Assembly: GCA_020850945.1 (NCBI GenBank) | Contig: JADZDR010000022.1 | Coordinates: 82,421 to 146,420 of the forward strand | Source of the DNA: Acidimicrobiia bacterium | Lineage (GTDB): Bacteria; Actinomycetota; Acidimicrobiia; UBA2766 | Direction: 5' to 3' | DNA length: 64,000 bases | Shown here: positions 1 through 9,732 of the stretch, in pieces | Layout: every line of letters begins with the position of its first letter | How positions within the stretch are numbered: the first letter of the stretch is position 1 | Translations under genes and position numbers: made by a program | The notes under the pieces: generated by a model | Database searches by the model: none | Told to the model about the DNA's origin: nothing | What the model saw: only the letters and a program-made list of their open reading frames with translations

Positions 1-3000
1 CTCCGCCAGTGGCGCCGTAGAGGACGGTGTTCCCCAGCAGGCACGGCTCACCGACGTCGTCCGCGGGTGGGGACACGACTATCCGGCCCCCGGCCATCGC
101 CTTGCCCACGTAGTCGTTGGCTTCGCCGACGAGGCGGAAGTCGATCCCCTTCGAGAGGAAGGCGCCGAAGCTCTGCCCGGCCGACCCGCGGACGGTCACC
201 GTGACCTGGCCGGGCGGCCACGACTCGCCGAACTCGAGGGCGATCGCACCCGCAAGTGCAGCCCCGACCGTGCGGTCCCGGTTCGTGATCTCGTATTCGA
301 GCTCGACGTCGTCTCCGTCCCAGATCCCCCGGAAGGCATCGGCGAGGAGTCGGTCGCCGAGCTCGGACCTCGCCTTTTGCACTGCGACACCTGCTTCAAA
401 ACGTGGCGGGCCCGCGGGGAGAGGGGCGAGCAGCGGCGTGAGGTCGACCGAATCCGCTCTCTCGTCCCCGGTCACGCGCTGGTGGAGCAGGTCGACACGC
501 CCGATCGCCTCGTCCAGGCTGCGCAACCCGACATGCGCGAGCCAACCCCGCACCTCCTCGGCGACCCAGCGCATGTACTGCGCGACACCCTCGGGTGTGC
601 CCGCGAACTTCGCGCGCAGGTTCTCGCGCTGCGTCGCGATGCCAGTCGGACACGTGTCGCGGTGGCAGGCGCGGACCATGATGCACCCCTCGGCGAGGAG
701 GGCGGCCGTGCCGAAGCTGTACTCGTCGGCCCCGAGCAGGGCCGCGATGATCACGTCCCGGCCGGTCTTGAACCCACCGTCTGCGGACAGCCTCACACGA
801 CCCCGCAAGCCGTTCTCCATGAGGACACGTTGCGTCTCGGCCAGCCCGAGCGACCACGGCATGCCGGCGTGCTTGATCGAGCTGAGGGGACTCGCGCCGG
901 TGCCGCCCGTGCAGCCGGAGATGTGGATCCCCTCGGCAAGACCCTTGGCGACACCGGCCGCCACCTGCCCGACTCCCGACAGGGCGACGAGCTTCACGGA
1001 CACAGCGGCCTCGCCGTTCACCTGCTTCAGGTCGAAGATGAGCTGTGCGAGATCCTCGATCGAATAGATGTCGTGGTGAGGTGGAGGCGAGATGAGCGTG
1101 ACCCCGGGCTGGGTGCGTCGCAGTGCCGCGATCTCCTCCGTCACCTTGTGACCGGGGATCTGGCCGCCCTCTCCTGGTTTCGAACCCTGCGCCATCTTGA
1201 TCTGGAGCTCGTCCGCATGCACACAGTACGAGGGAGTGACCCCGAAGCGCCCGGATGCGATCTGCTTGATGCGCGAGTTGCGGTCGCTGGCGTCACCTCG
1301 CGTCGCGAACCTCTCCGCCGCCTCACCGCCCTCCCCGCAGTTGGATCGACCACCAACCATGTTCATCCCGATCGCGAGAGTCTCGTGCGCCTCGCGGCTC
1401 AACGCGCCGTGCGACATCGCCCCCGTCGTGAACCTCCGGCAGATCGCCTCGACCGGTTCGACCTCGTCGAGGGGAACCGGTTCCGCCGCTGCCACGGGTT
1501 CGAGCATGTCGTGAACCTCCGTGGGGGACCGGCCGTTCACCAACTCGGAGAACAGGCGGTACCCGGCGACATCACCGGTGCGGATGGCCGCCTGCAGGAA
1601 TCTCCGCGCCGACTCCTCGGCTGCAGGCGCGTGCGGCTCGGGCGCGGCCGGCGCGTCTCCTTCACGACGACGCTTGCGCCGGTCGGTGTCGAGTCCGATG
1701 GCTCCGTGCAGAACCTCGATGACTTCGGGGTTGTTCGCGTGGTACTCACCGCCCTTCCTGTGGCGGACGAGCCCGGCGCTCACGATCTGGCGCTGCTCCA
1801 TGGCGGCGGCGTGCCTCGCGACGAGGCCTTCGCCGAGCATCCGCCAGTCGGCCCCGCCCACGATCGACGGGGTCCCGCGCAGGCTCAGGTCGATTACGTC
1901 AGGACCGAGCCCGATCGCCTCGAAGATCTGCGCACCCCGATAGCTACTGAGGGTCGAGATCCCCATCTTCGACGTGATCTTGAGGACCCCGTCCTCCATG
2001 GCAGCCTGCAGCCGCTCCTGGGCGAGGGCTCCGGTGACCGGATCGCCGAAGGCGCTGTCGTCGGCCATCTGTGTGACCGTCTCGAGCACGAGGCGCGGGC
2101 AGATGAGATCGGCGCCGTACCCGAGGAGCGTCGCGAGGTGGTGTGTGTCGCGGACCTCGTCCGTGTCGCACACGATCGCCACGTTGCTGCGACGCCCCGC
2201 CGCGACGAGGCGATGCTGCGCCGCGCCGACCGCGAGCAGCATCGGGACCGGGACGTCGTCATCAGCCACGACGCGATCGCGCAGGACGATGATCACGGCG
2301 CCGTTCACGGCAGCCGCCTCGGTGTGCTCGGCGATCCTCTCCACCGACGCGCGGAGCCCGTGCGCGCCGTCCCGTGCATCGAATACGGTATCGATCACGA
2401 TGGAGGGAAAGGGCGACTCCTCCGCCGACTCGAGCTGGTCGGCATGGTGGGGACGGATGAAGAAGCTGGGCAGCTCCATGAGCCGCGCCGCCTCGGGTCG
2501 CTCCCAGAGGAGCGGGTCACGCCGTCCGATCCGGGTGCGCAGGCTCATCACGCTCCGCTCCCGCAGGTGGTCGATCGGCGGGTTCGTGACCTGCGCGAAC
2601 GCCTGTTTGAGGTAGTGGTGCACGGGACGATGCCGGGTGCCGAACAGGGGGAGCGGCGTGTCGTCACCCATCGCGAACGTCGGTTCCTTGGCGTCTTGGA
2701 CCATGGCCTTCACGACCATCGTGACGTCCTCGCTCGTCCACCCGTGCCGTGCCTGGTGGAGCTCGATCTCCTCCCGCACCTCCTCGACGGCATCGGCCGT
2801 GACCGGCACCTCGATGATTCCGTCCTCGATCCAGCGGCCGTAGGGTGACCGTGCGCCGAGACGAGCCTTCACGTCGCGGTCGAGCTGGAGGCCGGAGGCC
2901 GGGTCGACGACGAGCATCATGCCCGGACCGAGACGGCCCCGTCTCACACGCGTGCAGTCGGACAGGTCGACGGCGCCGGCCTCCGAACAGGCCATGACCA

Positions 3001-4135
3001 GACCGTTGTCGCCCGCCGCCCACCGCAGCGGCCGCAGCCCGTTGCGGTCGAGGCAGGCCACGACACGTGTGCCGTCGGTCGCGATCACCCCGGCCGGGCC
3101 GTCCCACGGCTCCATGAGACATGCGTGGTAACGGAAGAAGTCACGCACCGCGGGTGGGGTCTCGGGCACGGCTTCCCACGCCTCGGGAACAAGCATGGCG
3201 AGGCCGTGATCGAGACCGCGGCCCCCCCTCACGAGGAGCTCGGCCGCGGAATCCAGCTTGCCGGAGTCCGAGTTCTCGTGGTCGAGGACGGGTTGGAGCG
3301 TCTTCTCGGCACCCACGACTCGACTCCCGAAGACACCGACACCCCGATCCCCCCAACCGAGGCGGGCACGTGCCAGCATCCTGCGTTCGTTGCCACCGAT
3401 CGCGTTGATCTCACCGTTGTGGCAGAGCATGCGGAACGGCTGCGCCCGCTCCCAGGACGGCGCCGTGTTCGTGCTGAACCGCATGTGGAAGATGCCGAAG
3501 GGGACAGCGAAGTCCTTTGCCGTGAGATCCGGGTAGAAGCGGGCAAGGGCATCCCCCGGGCAGAGCGCCTTGTAGTTCACCGTACGGAAGGACATCGACG
3601 CGACGTACATGCGTGTCGTGACCCCGAGTGCGGCCTGCTCAGCCTCGCGGCGGGCGACATAAGCCCGGCATTCCGCCTCCTCGGGGGTGGTCTCGCTCTC
3701 GAGACCGAATACCAGATGCAGGATGTGGGGCTGTGTGGCGAGAGCGAAGTCGCCGAGCTCGTGCGGCGTGACGGGGACGTCACGCCATCCGTATACGGTA
3801 AGGCCGTTGGCGGCACAAGCCGCCTCGAGGATCCTGCGCATCGCGTCGTGGCCGGCCGTCCCCGGGTCGTCGGCGAAGACGGTGGCGACCCCGAGGAGAC
3901 CCTGTGTCGGGACCACGATCCCGGCGTCCTCCGCGACGCCCCGGAAGTAGGGCTTGTTCAGGGGGACGAGCACACCGGCGCCGTCACTCGACTTCTCGTC
4001 GGCGGCGAGCGCCCCACGGTGCTTGACGCTGGCGAGGCCCTCGAGGACCCTGTCGAGGACATCCCTCGAGGCGACGCCGCCACTGTGTGCGACGAACCCG
4101 ATCCCGCAGGCGTCCCGTTCCGGGGACCTGTGCAT
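1..4135 (-). CDS. gltB: Glutamate synthase (GOGAT) large subunit, C-terminally truncated by the window start. About 1378 codons lie in the window.
   Basis: I reverse-complemented and translated the N- and C-terminal parts by hand. The N-terminus reads MHRSPERDACGIGFVAH..., the class-II glutamine amidotransferase Cys1 motif. It then reads FSTNTAPSWERAQPFRMLCHNGEINAIGGNERRMLAR...LQPVLDHENSDSGKLDSAAELL...FFRYHACLME. The C-terminal region contains AGVAKGLAEGIHISGCTGGTGASPLSSIKHAGMPWSLGLAETQRVLMENGLRGRVRLSADGGFKTGRDV...ACHRDTCPTGIATQ, the FMN/GXGXG domain. The ATG at 4133-4135 is preceded by aaagggag, a ribosome-binding site. The ORF is absent from the track only because it has no in-window stop. 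No stop can exist in this frame, or a complete sub-ORF would have been listed. Confidence 0.9.
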   Translation of the reverse strand, partial: MHRSPERDACGIGFVAHSGGVASRDVLDRVLEGLASVKHRGALAADEKSSDGAGVLVPLNKPYFRGVAEDAGIVVPTQGLLGVATVFADDPGTAGHDAMRRILEAACAANGLTVYGWRDVPVTPHELGDFALATQPHILHLVFGLESETTPEEAECRAYVARREAEQAALGVTTRMYVASMSFRTVNYKALCPGDALARFYPDLTAKDFAVPFGIFHMRFSTNTAPSWERAQPFRMLCHNGEINAIGGNERRMLARARLGWGDRGVGVFGSRVVGAEKTLQPVLDHENSDSGKLDSAAELLVRGGRGLDHGLAMLVPEAWEAVPETPPAVRDFFRYHACLMEPWDGPAGVIATDGTRVVACLDRNGLRPLRWAAGDNGLVMACSEAGAVDLSDCTRVRRGRLGPGMMLVVDPASGLQLDRDVKARLGARSPYGRWIEDGIIEVPVTADAVEEVREEIELHQARHGWTSEDVTMVVKAMVQDAKEPTFAMGDDTPLPLFGTRHRPVHHYLKQAFAQVTNPPIDHLRERSVMSLRTRIGRRDPLLWERPEAARLMELPSFFIRPHHADQLESAEESPFPSIVIDTVFDARDGAHGLRASVERIAEHTEAAAVNGAVIIVLRDRVVADDDVPVPMLLAVGAAQHRLVAAGRRSNVAIVCDTDEVRDTHHLATLLGYGADLICPRLVLETVTQMADDSAFGDPVTGALAQERLQAAMEDGVLKITSKMGISTLSSYRGAQIFEAIGLGPDVIDLSLRGTPSIVGGADWRMLGEGLVARHAAAMEQRQIVSAGLVRHRKGGEYHANNPEVIEVLHGAIGLDTDRRKRRREGDAPAAPEPHAPAAEESARRFLQAAIRTGDVAGYRLFSELVNGRSPTEVHDMLEPVAAAEPVPLDEVEPVEAICRRFTTGAMSHGALSREAHETLAIGMNMVGGRSNCGEGGEAAERFATRGDASDRNSRIKQIASGRFGVTPSYCVHADELQIKMAQGSKPGEGGQIPGHKVTEEIAALRRTQPGVTLISPPPHHDIYSIEDLAQLIFDLKQVNGEAAVSVKLVALSGVGQVAAGVAKGLAEGIHISGCTGGTGASPLSSIKHAGMPWSLGLAETQRVLMENGLRGRVRLSADGGFKTGRDVIIAALLGADEYSFGTAALLAEGCIMVRACHRDTCPTGIATQRENLRAKFAGTPEGVAQYMRWVAEEVRGWLAHVGLRSLDEAIGRVDLLHQRVTGDERADSVDLTPLLAPLPAGPPRFEAGVAVQKARSELGDRLLADAFRGIWDGDDVELEYEITNRDRTVGAALAGAIALEFGESWPPGQVTVTVRGSAGQSFGAFLSKGIDFRLVGEANDYVGKAMAGGRIVVSPPADDVGEPCLLGNTVLYGATGG

Positions 4136-4363
4136 GAATGTGCTCCCTTTCCGACGTCATCGCAAGCGATGACTCCCGACGTGACCTCGACCGCGCGCGA
4201 CCGTGGTGCTCTGACAGGGGCGGAAAGGCGACGCTGACGTTCCGCGAAGGCGGCCCACGTTGGCAGCGCGGCGATTCTATCGGCACCAACACGGCATCGG
4301 GAAGCCCGTTTATGTGTGTTTCCCGGTGTCCGGAAGCCGGAATCGCAGGTCAGGCCGGTGCGG

Positions 4364-4612
4364 TCAGTGCTTGAGCAAGTGCACGCGGAACCACCCGAAC
4401 ACGGCGAGCAGGCAGACCACGACGGCGAGCACGAGGGCGATCTTCACACCGAGGACCACCGTCGTGAGGATGGTGGTGAACACCCACGCGAAGAGGCTCC
4501 ACGCGATGGCGAGGACGATTCCCACGACGAGGAGAGTGAGGAGGATCCCGACGATGTTCCTGCGTTTGGGTTCCGTTTCGGTCATCTTCATGACACGAAC
4601 ATAGTGCCGCAC
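4364..4612 (-). CDS. Small membrane protein, about 75-82 aa, with two predicted transmembrane helices. Function unknown.
   Basis: Translation: MRHYVRVMKMTETEPKRRNIVGILLTLLVVGIVLAIAWSLFAWVFTTILTTVVLGVKIALVLAVVVCLLAVFGWFRVHLLKH. It has a charged N-terminus followed by two hydrophobic 20-23 aa stretches. It sits in the divergent gap upstream of mshC and does not overlap the corrected mshC start. Confidence 0.5.
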   Translation of the reverse strand: MRHYVRVMKMTETEPKRRNIVGILLTLLVVGIVLAIAWSLFAWVFTTILTTVVLGVKIALVLAVVVCLLAVFGWFRVHLLKH

Positions 4613-4681
4613 CTGCGATTCGATCGGTCGTCAGGACCGGAGTCTCCGTCCCGTGGGCGGTTCGGCCATACTCGACGCGTC

Positions 4682-5782
4682 ATGACGCTGAAGCTGAACG
4701 GCACGATGCTGCCGATCGTCGGCCGGGCCCGCATCTACGTGTGTGGGATCACGCCGTACGACACGACGCATCTCGGACACGCCGCCACGTTCGTGTGGCT
4801 CGATGTCGCAGCCCGGGTCCTCGAGGCGAGCGGCGTGAACGTCGACCTGTGCCGCAACGTGACCGACGTGGACGACGACATCCTCGCCCAGGCACAGAAG
4901 CGCGGTGTGGACTACAGGGTCCTCGGTGCCGAGCAGACATTCCGCTTCGAGGAGGACATGCGCGCCCTGCACGCACGGCGCCCCACCTTCGAGCCCCGCT
5001 CGCGTGACTTCATCGAGGAAGTCATCGCTCTCACACGGGGGCTCCTCGAGGTCGGAGCCGCATACGAGCGCGACGGGAACGTGTTTTTCAAGGGCACCGC
5101 TGTCGAGCCGTATCTCGGCGAGTTGAGCCGCGACGAGGCGATCGCCCTCGCAGCCGAACGGGGGGGGAAGCCCGATGATCCGCTCAAGGACGATCCACTC
5201 GACGTCCCGCTCTGGCAGAAGTCGTCGGCAGGTGAGCCGGCATGGGCGTCGCCGTGGGGAGATGGCAGGCCGGGTTGGCATGCCGAGTGCTCCGCCATGG
5301 CGATGTCCCTGCTCGGGACCGCCGTCGACATCCACGGTGGCGGCAAGGACCTCGAGTTCCCGCATCATGCGTACGAGTCGGCCCAATCCGAGTTGCTCAC
5401 GGGCGTGTCGCCTTTCGTGCGGGCCTGGATGCACGTGGGCACGGTGTCCTACGAGGGCGAGAAGATGAGCAAGTCCCTCGGCAATCTCGTCTACGTGTCG
5501 GACCTCGTCGAGCACTGGGATCCGGCTGCCGTGCGCCTCCTCCTCATCGACCGGCCCTGGCACGAGGACTGGTCGTTCGAGGACGGCATGCTGGCTGCGG
5601 CGTCCGCCCGACTCGAGCGGCTCTGGAGCTCGGCCGGGCGGGCGAGTGTCGACGACAAGGCGTATGACGCGGCGCTCGCCACGCTCGAGGACGATCTCGA
5701 CGTGCGGGGTGCCCTCGCGATCGCGGAGGAGGCGGGAGGGGCGGCGTTGCGCCGCCTCGGCGGCCTCCTCGGCCTTCTCTGA
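4682..5782 (+). CDS. mshC: Mycothiol ligase MshC (L-cysteine:1-D-myo-inositol 2-amino-2-deoxy-alpha-D-glucopyranoside ligase), a CysRS paralogue.
   Basis: Motifs: [18 protein letters not shown] (HIGH), [43 protein letters not shown] (KMSKS). This is the class-I aaRS fold lacking the anticodon domain, matching MshC rather than CysS. The track ORF (4316..) has a 122-aa low-complexity acidic N-terminal extension overlapping the opposite-strand membrane gene. The ATG at 4682 (MTLKLNG...) is the likely true start. Confidence 0.9.
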   Translation: MTLKLNGTMLPIVGRARIYVCGITPYDTTHLGHAATFVWLDVAARVLEASGVNVDLCRNVTDVDDDILAQAQKRGVDYRVLGAEQTFRFEEDMRALHARRPTFEPRSRDFIEEVIALTRGLLEVGAAYERDGNVFFKGTAVEPYLGELSRDEAIALAAERGGKPDDPLKDDPLDVPLWQKSSAGEPAWASPWGDGRPGWHAECSAMAMSLLGTAVDIHGGGKDLEFPHHAYESAQSELLTGVSPFVRAWMHVGTVSYEGEKMSKSLGNLVYVSDLVEHWDPAAVRLLLIDRPWHEDWSFEDGMLAAASARLERLWSSAGRASVDDKAYDAALATLEDDLDVRGALAIAEEAGGAALRRLGGLLGLL

Positions 5783-5864
5783 CATGTGGGCAGTCTCGAC
5801 CCCCACCGATGAGGGTTAACGCTGCCCAGTTGCCGCCGCGCGGCCATGTGGGTGCCGATCAGCC

Positions 5865-6470
5865 TCATCCGTGATGGTTGAGGCTGCCCAGATGGTTTCG
5901 GGCGCGGCGTCGCTCGTGCGCCGCGATCGCGTCCTCGTACTGGAGGGTGAGGTCGATGTGGTCGAGGCCCTTCAGGAGGCGTTCCCGGTGGAATGCGTCG
6001 ACCTCGAAAGTCCACACATCGTCTCCCGCCCGCACCTCGCAACGCTCGAGATCAACGGTGATCTCCGCCGCCGGTTCCGTCGTGCTGCGCTCGATCAATT
6101 CCTTCACCGTGTCCTCTTCGAGCACGATCGTGACGATCCCGACGTTCACGCAGTTGTTGCGGAAGATGTCGGCGAACGAGGGGGCGATGATCGCCCGGAT
6201 CCCATAGTCCTCGAGCGCCCACGGCGCGTGTTCGCGTGACGATCCACACCCGAAGTTACGGCCGGCGACGAGGATCTTCGCACCCTCGTAGCGTGCGTCG
6301 TTGAGAACGAAGTCGGGATCCCGCCGCAGGGCATCGAAGAGGTACCGGCCGTAGCCGCTGCGTTCGATCCGCTTCATGTACTGCGCCGGGATGATCTGGT
6401 CCGTGTCGATGTCGGGTCGGTCGAGCGGGATCGCCGCCGACGTGAGGGATTTGAACGCCTCGATCGCCAT
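5865..6470 (-). CDS. leuD: 3-isopropylmalate dehydratase small subunit.
   Basis: Translation: MAIEAFKSLTSAAIPLDRPDIDTDQIIPAQYMKRIERSGYGRYLFDALR...ILVAGRNFGCGSSREHAPWAL. This is the LeuD/aconitase swivel domain. It lies 9 nt downstream of leuC on the same strand. Confidence 0.9.
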   Translation of the reverse strand: MAIEAFKSLTSAAIPLDRPDIDTDQIIPAQYMKRIERSGYGRYLFDALRRDPDFVLNDARYEGAKILVAGRNFGCGSSREHAPWALEDYGIRAIIAPSFADIFRNNCVNVGIVTIVLEEDTVKELIERSTTEPAAEITVDLERCEVRAGDDVWTFEVDAFHRERLLKGLDHIDLTLQYEDAIAAHERRRARNHLGSLNHHG

Positions 6471-6479
6471 ACATCCTCC

Positions 6480-7889
6480 TCAGATCTCGCGGACGTCCGT
6501 GAAGTGTCCGTGTACCGCCGCTGCCGCCGCCCTCGCCGGACTCACGAGATGCGTACGGCCTCCCGGGCCCTGCCTGCCCTGGAAGTTCCTGTTGCTCGTC
6601 GAGGCAGAGCGCTGGCCGGGCGCGAGAACGTCGTCGTTCATGGCCAGGCACATGGAGCAGCCCGCCTCCCGCCACTCGAAGCCGGCCTCGCCGAAGATCT
6701 CGTCGAGCCCCTCCTCCTCTGCCTGCGCGCGCACGAGGCCGGAGCCGGGCACGACGAGGGCCGTGACGCCCGGCGCGACGTGCCGCCCCCGGGCGACATC
6801 GGCTGCGGCCCGCAGGTCCTCGATGCGCGAGTTGGTGCACGAGCCGATGAAGACCACGTCCACGGGGATGTCCGTGATCGGCATGTCCGGCTCGAGGGAC
6901 ATGTAGTCGAGGGCACGCTGCGCGGCTGCCGCCTCCGTGGGGTCATCCATCTTCTCGGGGTCCGGTACCGCCTCGTCCACGCGCACGGATTGGGCCGGCG
7001 TCGTCCCCCACGTCACGTAAGGCGCCATGCAGGAGGCGTCGATCGACACGACCTTGTCGAAGGTTGCGTCGGGATCGGTGCGCAACTCTCTCCACAGCGA
7101 CACGGCCTCGTCCCACACCTCGGGATCGGGTGCGAACGGCCGACCTTCGAGGTAGGCGAACGTCTCGTCGTCGGGCGCGACGAGACCTGCCCGTGCCCCG
7201 AACTCGATCGTCATGTTGCACACGGTCATGCGCCCCTCGACGGACATGCGCTCGACCGTCCTCCCCCCGTATTCGACCGCGTGCCCCGTGCCGCCATCGA
7301 CACCCACGGTGTTGATGATCGCGAGGATCACGTCCTTGGGTGTCACTCCGGGGGGCAGGTCCCCGTCGACGCGAACTGCCATCGACTTCGGACGGCGCTG
7401 CTGCAGGGTCTGCGTCGCGAGGACATGCTCGACCTCCGACGTCCCGATTCCGAACGCGAGCGCGCCGAAGGCCCCGTGCGTGGACGTGTGGCTGTCCCCG
7501 CACACGATCACCATGCCCGGTTGCGTGAGACCCTGCTCCGGCCCGATGACGTGCACTATGCCCTGTCGCACATCGTCGATGTCGAAGAGGAGAAGACCGT
7601 TCTCACGTGCGTTGTGGCGCAGCGTCTCGATCTGCTTCTGCGAGACGGGGTCCGAAGCAGGCAGGTGCCGGTTGCGTGTCGGCACGTTGTGGTCGGGGAC
7701 GGCCACGGTGAGGTCGGGCCGGCGCACTTGCCTCTTCGCGAGTCTCAGTGCCTCGAAGGCCTGGGGGGAGGTCACCTCGTGCGCGAGGTGGAGGTCCACA
7801 TAGAGGAGGTCGGGTTCGTCCGGTACCGTCCGAACCACGTGCGCGTCCCAGATCTTGTCCACGAGTGTGCGAGGAGGCTCCTCTGCCAT
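6480..7889 (-). CDS. leuC: 3-isopropylmalate dehydratase large subunit.
   Basis: Aconitase-family motifs: [67 protein letters not shown]. Length is 469 aa. Confidence 0.93.
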   Translation of the reverse strand: MAEEPPRTLVDKIWDAHVVRTVPDEPDLLYVDLHLAHEVTSPQAFEALRLAKRQVRRPDLTVAVPDHNVPTRNRHLPASDPVSQKQIETLRHNARENGLLLFDIDDVRQGIVHVIGPEQGLTQPGMVIVCGDSHTSTHGAFGALAFGIGTSEVEHVLATQTLQQRRPKSMAVRVDGDLPPGVTPKDVILAIINTVGVDGGTGHAVEYGGRTVERMSVEGRMTVCNMTIEFGARAGLVAPDDETFAYLEGRPFAPDPEVWDEAVSLWRELRTDPDATFDKVVSIDASCMAPYVTWGTTPAQSVRVDEAVPDPEKMDDPTEAAAAQRALDYMSLEPDMPITDIPVDVVFIGSCTNSRIEDLRAAADVARGRHVAPGVTALVVPGSGLVRAQAEEEGLDEIFGEAGFEWREAGCSMCLAMNDDVLAPGQRSASTSNRNFQGRQGPGGRTHLVSPARAAAAAVHGHFTDVREI

Positions 7890-8099
7890 GTGGGTTTCCG
7901 GTCCTTCCTGTGCCTGCGTCCCCGTCCGCCAGCTATCGTCGGCGACATGCTTCCAACACGCTGAGCGGTACCACCGGGCGGGGCCCGGGCGGAGCTTGGG
8001 TGGTCGCCGTTCACGGTAGCCCGCCCGCCCGCTTCCCGGACGGGATATTGACCGTACTCATGCGCCGCACCGTGCCCGCCAGCCCGCGACAGGGGGAAC

Positions 8100-9722
8100 A
8101 TGACGATGAAGAGCTGGAACCTCGCCGACGCATTCGCCATCGCAGCCGAGATGCGCAGCGATGAGCCTGCGGTCGTCCAGGCCGATCGAAGGATTACCTG
8201 GGCGGAGCTCGACCGCCGCACCTCGAACGTGGCTGCCTGGATGATCGAGGCCGGAGCGGGACACCAGGGCAAAGTGGCTATCTACACGTACAACCACCCG
8301 GCGTACGTGGAGGGGCTCGTCGCCGCGCTGAAGGCGTCGCTCGTCCCCGTGAACGTCAACTACCGCTACCAGGAGGAGGAACTGCGCTATCTCCTCGACA
8401 ACGCGGACGCCGAGATCGTGATCGTGCACGAGGACTTCACAGGGCTCCTCGCCAAGGTCCTGCCCGACCTCACGGGCGTGAAGGGCATCCTCGTGATCGG
8501 CGACGAGGGATCGCTCACGCAGGCAGCCGACTTCGAGGCGATCGCGGACACCGACCGTGACGTCACGGCCCTCGACACGGTGGAACACTCCGGCGACGAC
8601 CTCTTCTTCCTCTACACGGGGGGAACGACGGGGATGCCCAAAGGTGTCATGTGGCGCCAGGCAGACCTCTGGGCGAAGCTCGCGGGGGGTGGCCTCGGCC
8701 CCAGCCCCGACTCGGAGGAGGAGTACCGCCAGCGCGTCGAGAACCCGGTGCCGCTGCGGCCCACTCTCGTGGTCGGTCCTCCCCTCATGCACGGCACGGG
8801 CCTCTTCACTGCGCTCATCTCCCTCATCGCCGGCGGCACGCTCGTCCTCCTGCCGAACCCGAAGCACTTCGACCCGGCCGAGTTCTGGGCGACGCTCGCC
8901 GAGACAGAGGCGAACATGGCGACGATCGTGGGTGACAGCTTCGCGAAGCCGCTCGTGCGTGAGCTCGACGCCAACCCGGGCAGGTACGACATCTCGTCCC
9001 TGCGCATGGTCGCGTCCTCGGGTGTCATGTGGTCCGAGGAGGCCAAGCAGCGCATGCTCGAGCACCATGCCGGCATGATGCTCGTCGACTCGTTCTCGTC
9101 CTCCGAGGCGCTCGGCATGGGGCTGTCGGTCATGACAGCGGCGGGACCCGTCCAGACCGCGAAGTTCCAGCTCTCGGAGACGACACGCCTCTTCGACGAG
9201 AGCCTCGCTCCCCTCGAGACGGCCCCGGGAGTGAAGGGTCTCGTCGGCGTGGGGCGCAACCAGCCGCTCGGCTACTACAAGGATCCCGAGAAGACGGCCC
9301 GCACCTTCACCGAGGTCGACGGCATCCGGTTCTCGGTCCCGGGAGACTGGGCTGTCGTCGCAGAGGACGGTGTCACCCTCGAGCTCCTCGGTCGCGGCTC
9401 GGTCTGCATCAACACCGGGGGCGAGAAGGTGTTCCCCGAGGAGGTCGAGGAGGTCGCGAAACGACACGAGGGTGTGCGGGACTGCGTCGTCGTCGGACTC
9501 CCCGACGAGAAGTGGGGCGAGTCCATAACTGCCGTCGTGTCCCCCCTGCCCGACGTGGAGCTCGACCCCGACTCGATCATCACCTTCGTGAAGGAGAACC
9601 TCGCCGGCTACAAGGCGCCGAAGCACGTGGTGGTCGTCGACGAGGTCTACCGGTCGCCGTCGGGCAAGGCCGACTACAAGGCCACGCGGGACGTCGCCAA
9701 GTCCGCCCTGGGGCTCGCATAG
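8100..9722 (+). CDS. AMP-dependent acyl-CoA synthetase/ligase (FadD-like).
   Basis: AMP-binding motif LYTGGTTGMPKGVMWRQADLW. The C-terminus reads GDWAVVAEDGVTLELLGRGSVCINTGGEKVFPEEVEEV...GKADYK. Length is 540 aa. Confidence 0.85.
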   Translation: MTMKSWNLADAFAIAAEMRSDEPAVVQADRRITWAELDRRTSNVAAWMIEAGAGHQGKVAIYTYNHPAYVEGLVAALKASLVPVNVNYRYQEEELRYLLDNADAEIVIVHEDFTGLLAKVLPDLTGVKGILVIGDEGSLTQAADFEAIADTDRDVTALDTVEHSGDDLFFLYTGGTTGMPKGVMWRQADLWAKLAGGGLGPSPDSEEEYRQRVENPVPLRPTLVVGPPLMHGTGLFTALISLIAGGTLVLLPNPKHFDPAEFWATLAETEANMATIVGDSFAKPLVRELDANPGRYDISSLRMVASSGVMWSEEAKQRMLEHHAGMMLVDSFSSSEALGMGLSVMTAAGPVQTAKFQLSETTRLFDESLAPLETAPGVKGLVGVGRNQPLGYYKDPEKTARTFTEVDGIRFSVPGDWAVVAEDGVTLELLGRGSVCINTGGEKVFPEEVEEVAKRHEGVRDCVVVGLPDEKWGESITAVVSPLPDVELDPDSIITFVKENLAGYKAPKHVVVVDEVYRSPSGKADYKATRDVAKSALGLA

Positions 9723-9732
9723 CCCGAGCGCA

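Noticed and set aside
377-2848. 823-aa plus-strand ORF, and other 100-370-aa ORFs at 117..1067, 3125..4237, 1974..2615.
   Set aside because: They are antisense or out of frame relative to the clearly homologous gltB. Their translations are Arg/Pro/Ala-rich low-complexity typical of high-GC shadow ORFs.
3300-3400. Apparent frameshift in gltB (hand translation switched frame near GNERRMLARARLG / VFGSRVVGAEKTLQPV).
   Set aside because: On recounting, the poly-C run at 3345-3356 has six C, not five. With the correct count the GltB frame is continuous (…RLGWGDRGVGVFGS…). The absence of any listed sub-ORF in this frame also argues against an internal stop. The error was in my manual reverse complement.
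4316-4681. 122-aa acidic N-terminal extension of the mshC ORF as listed in the track.
   Set aside because: It has no similarity to MshC/CysRS N-termini. It is low-complexity (D/E/H/G-rich). It fully overlaps a plausible opposite-strand membrane-protein gene. A conserved MshC N-terminus begins at the internal ATG 4682.
4631-5806. 391-aa minus-strand ORF.
   Set aside because: Antisense to mshC. No recognisable domains.
8058-9626. 522-aa minus-strand ORF, plus 11873..12976, 13010..14716, 14741..15841, 16960..18267, 18583..20760, 20769..22034, 24871..26685, 41705..43207, 43531..44490, 46141..47925, 46751..48496, 52902..54560, 59789..60664, 60974..62227, 61650..62873.
   Set aside because: All lie antisense to strongly supported genes (acyl-CoA synthetase, kgd, valS, ArsR-MTase/ahcY, peptidase, membrane GT/MBL, hyuA, hyuB, NMO/amidohydrolase, acs, membrane protein, AlkD, CoA-transferase). 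They have Arg/Gly/Pro/Asp-dominated composition. They are treated as shadow ORFs.
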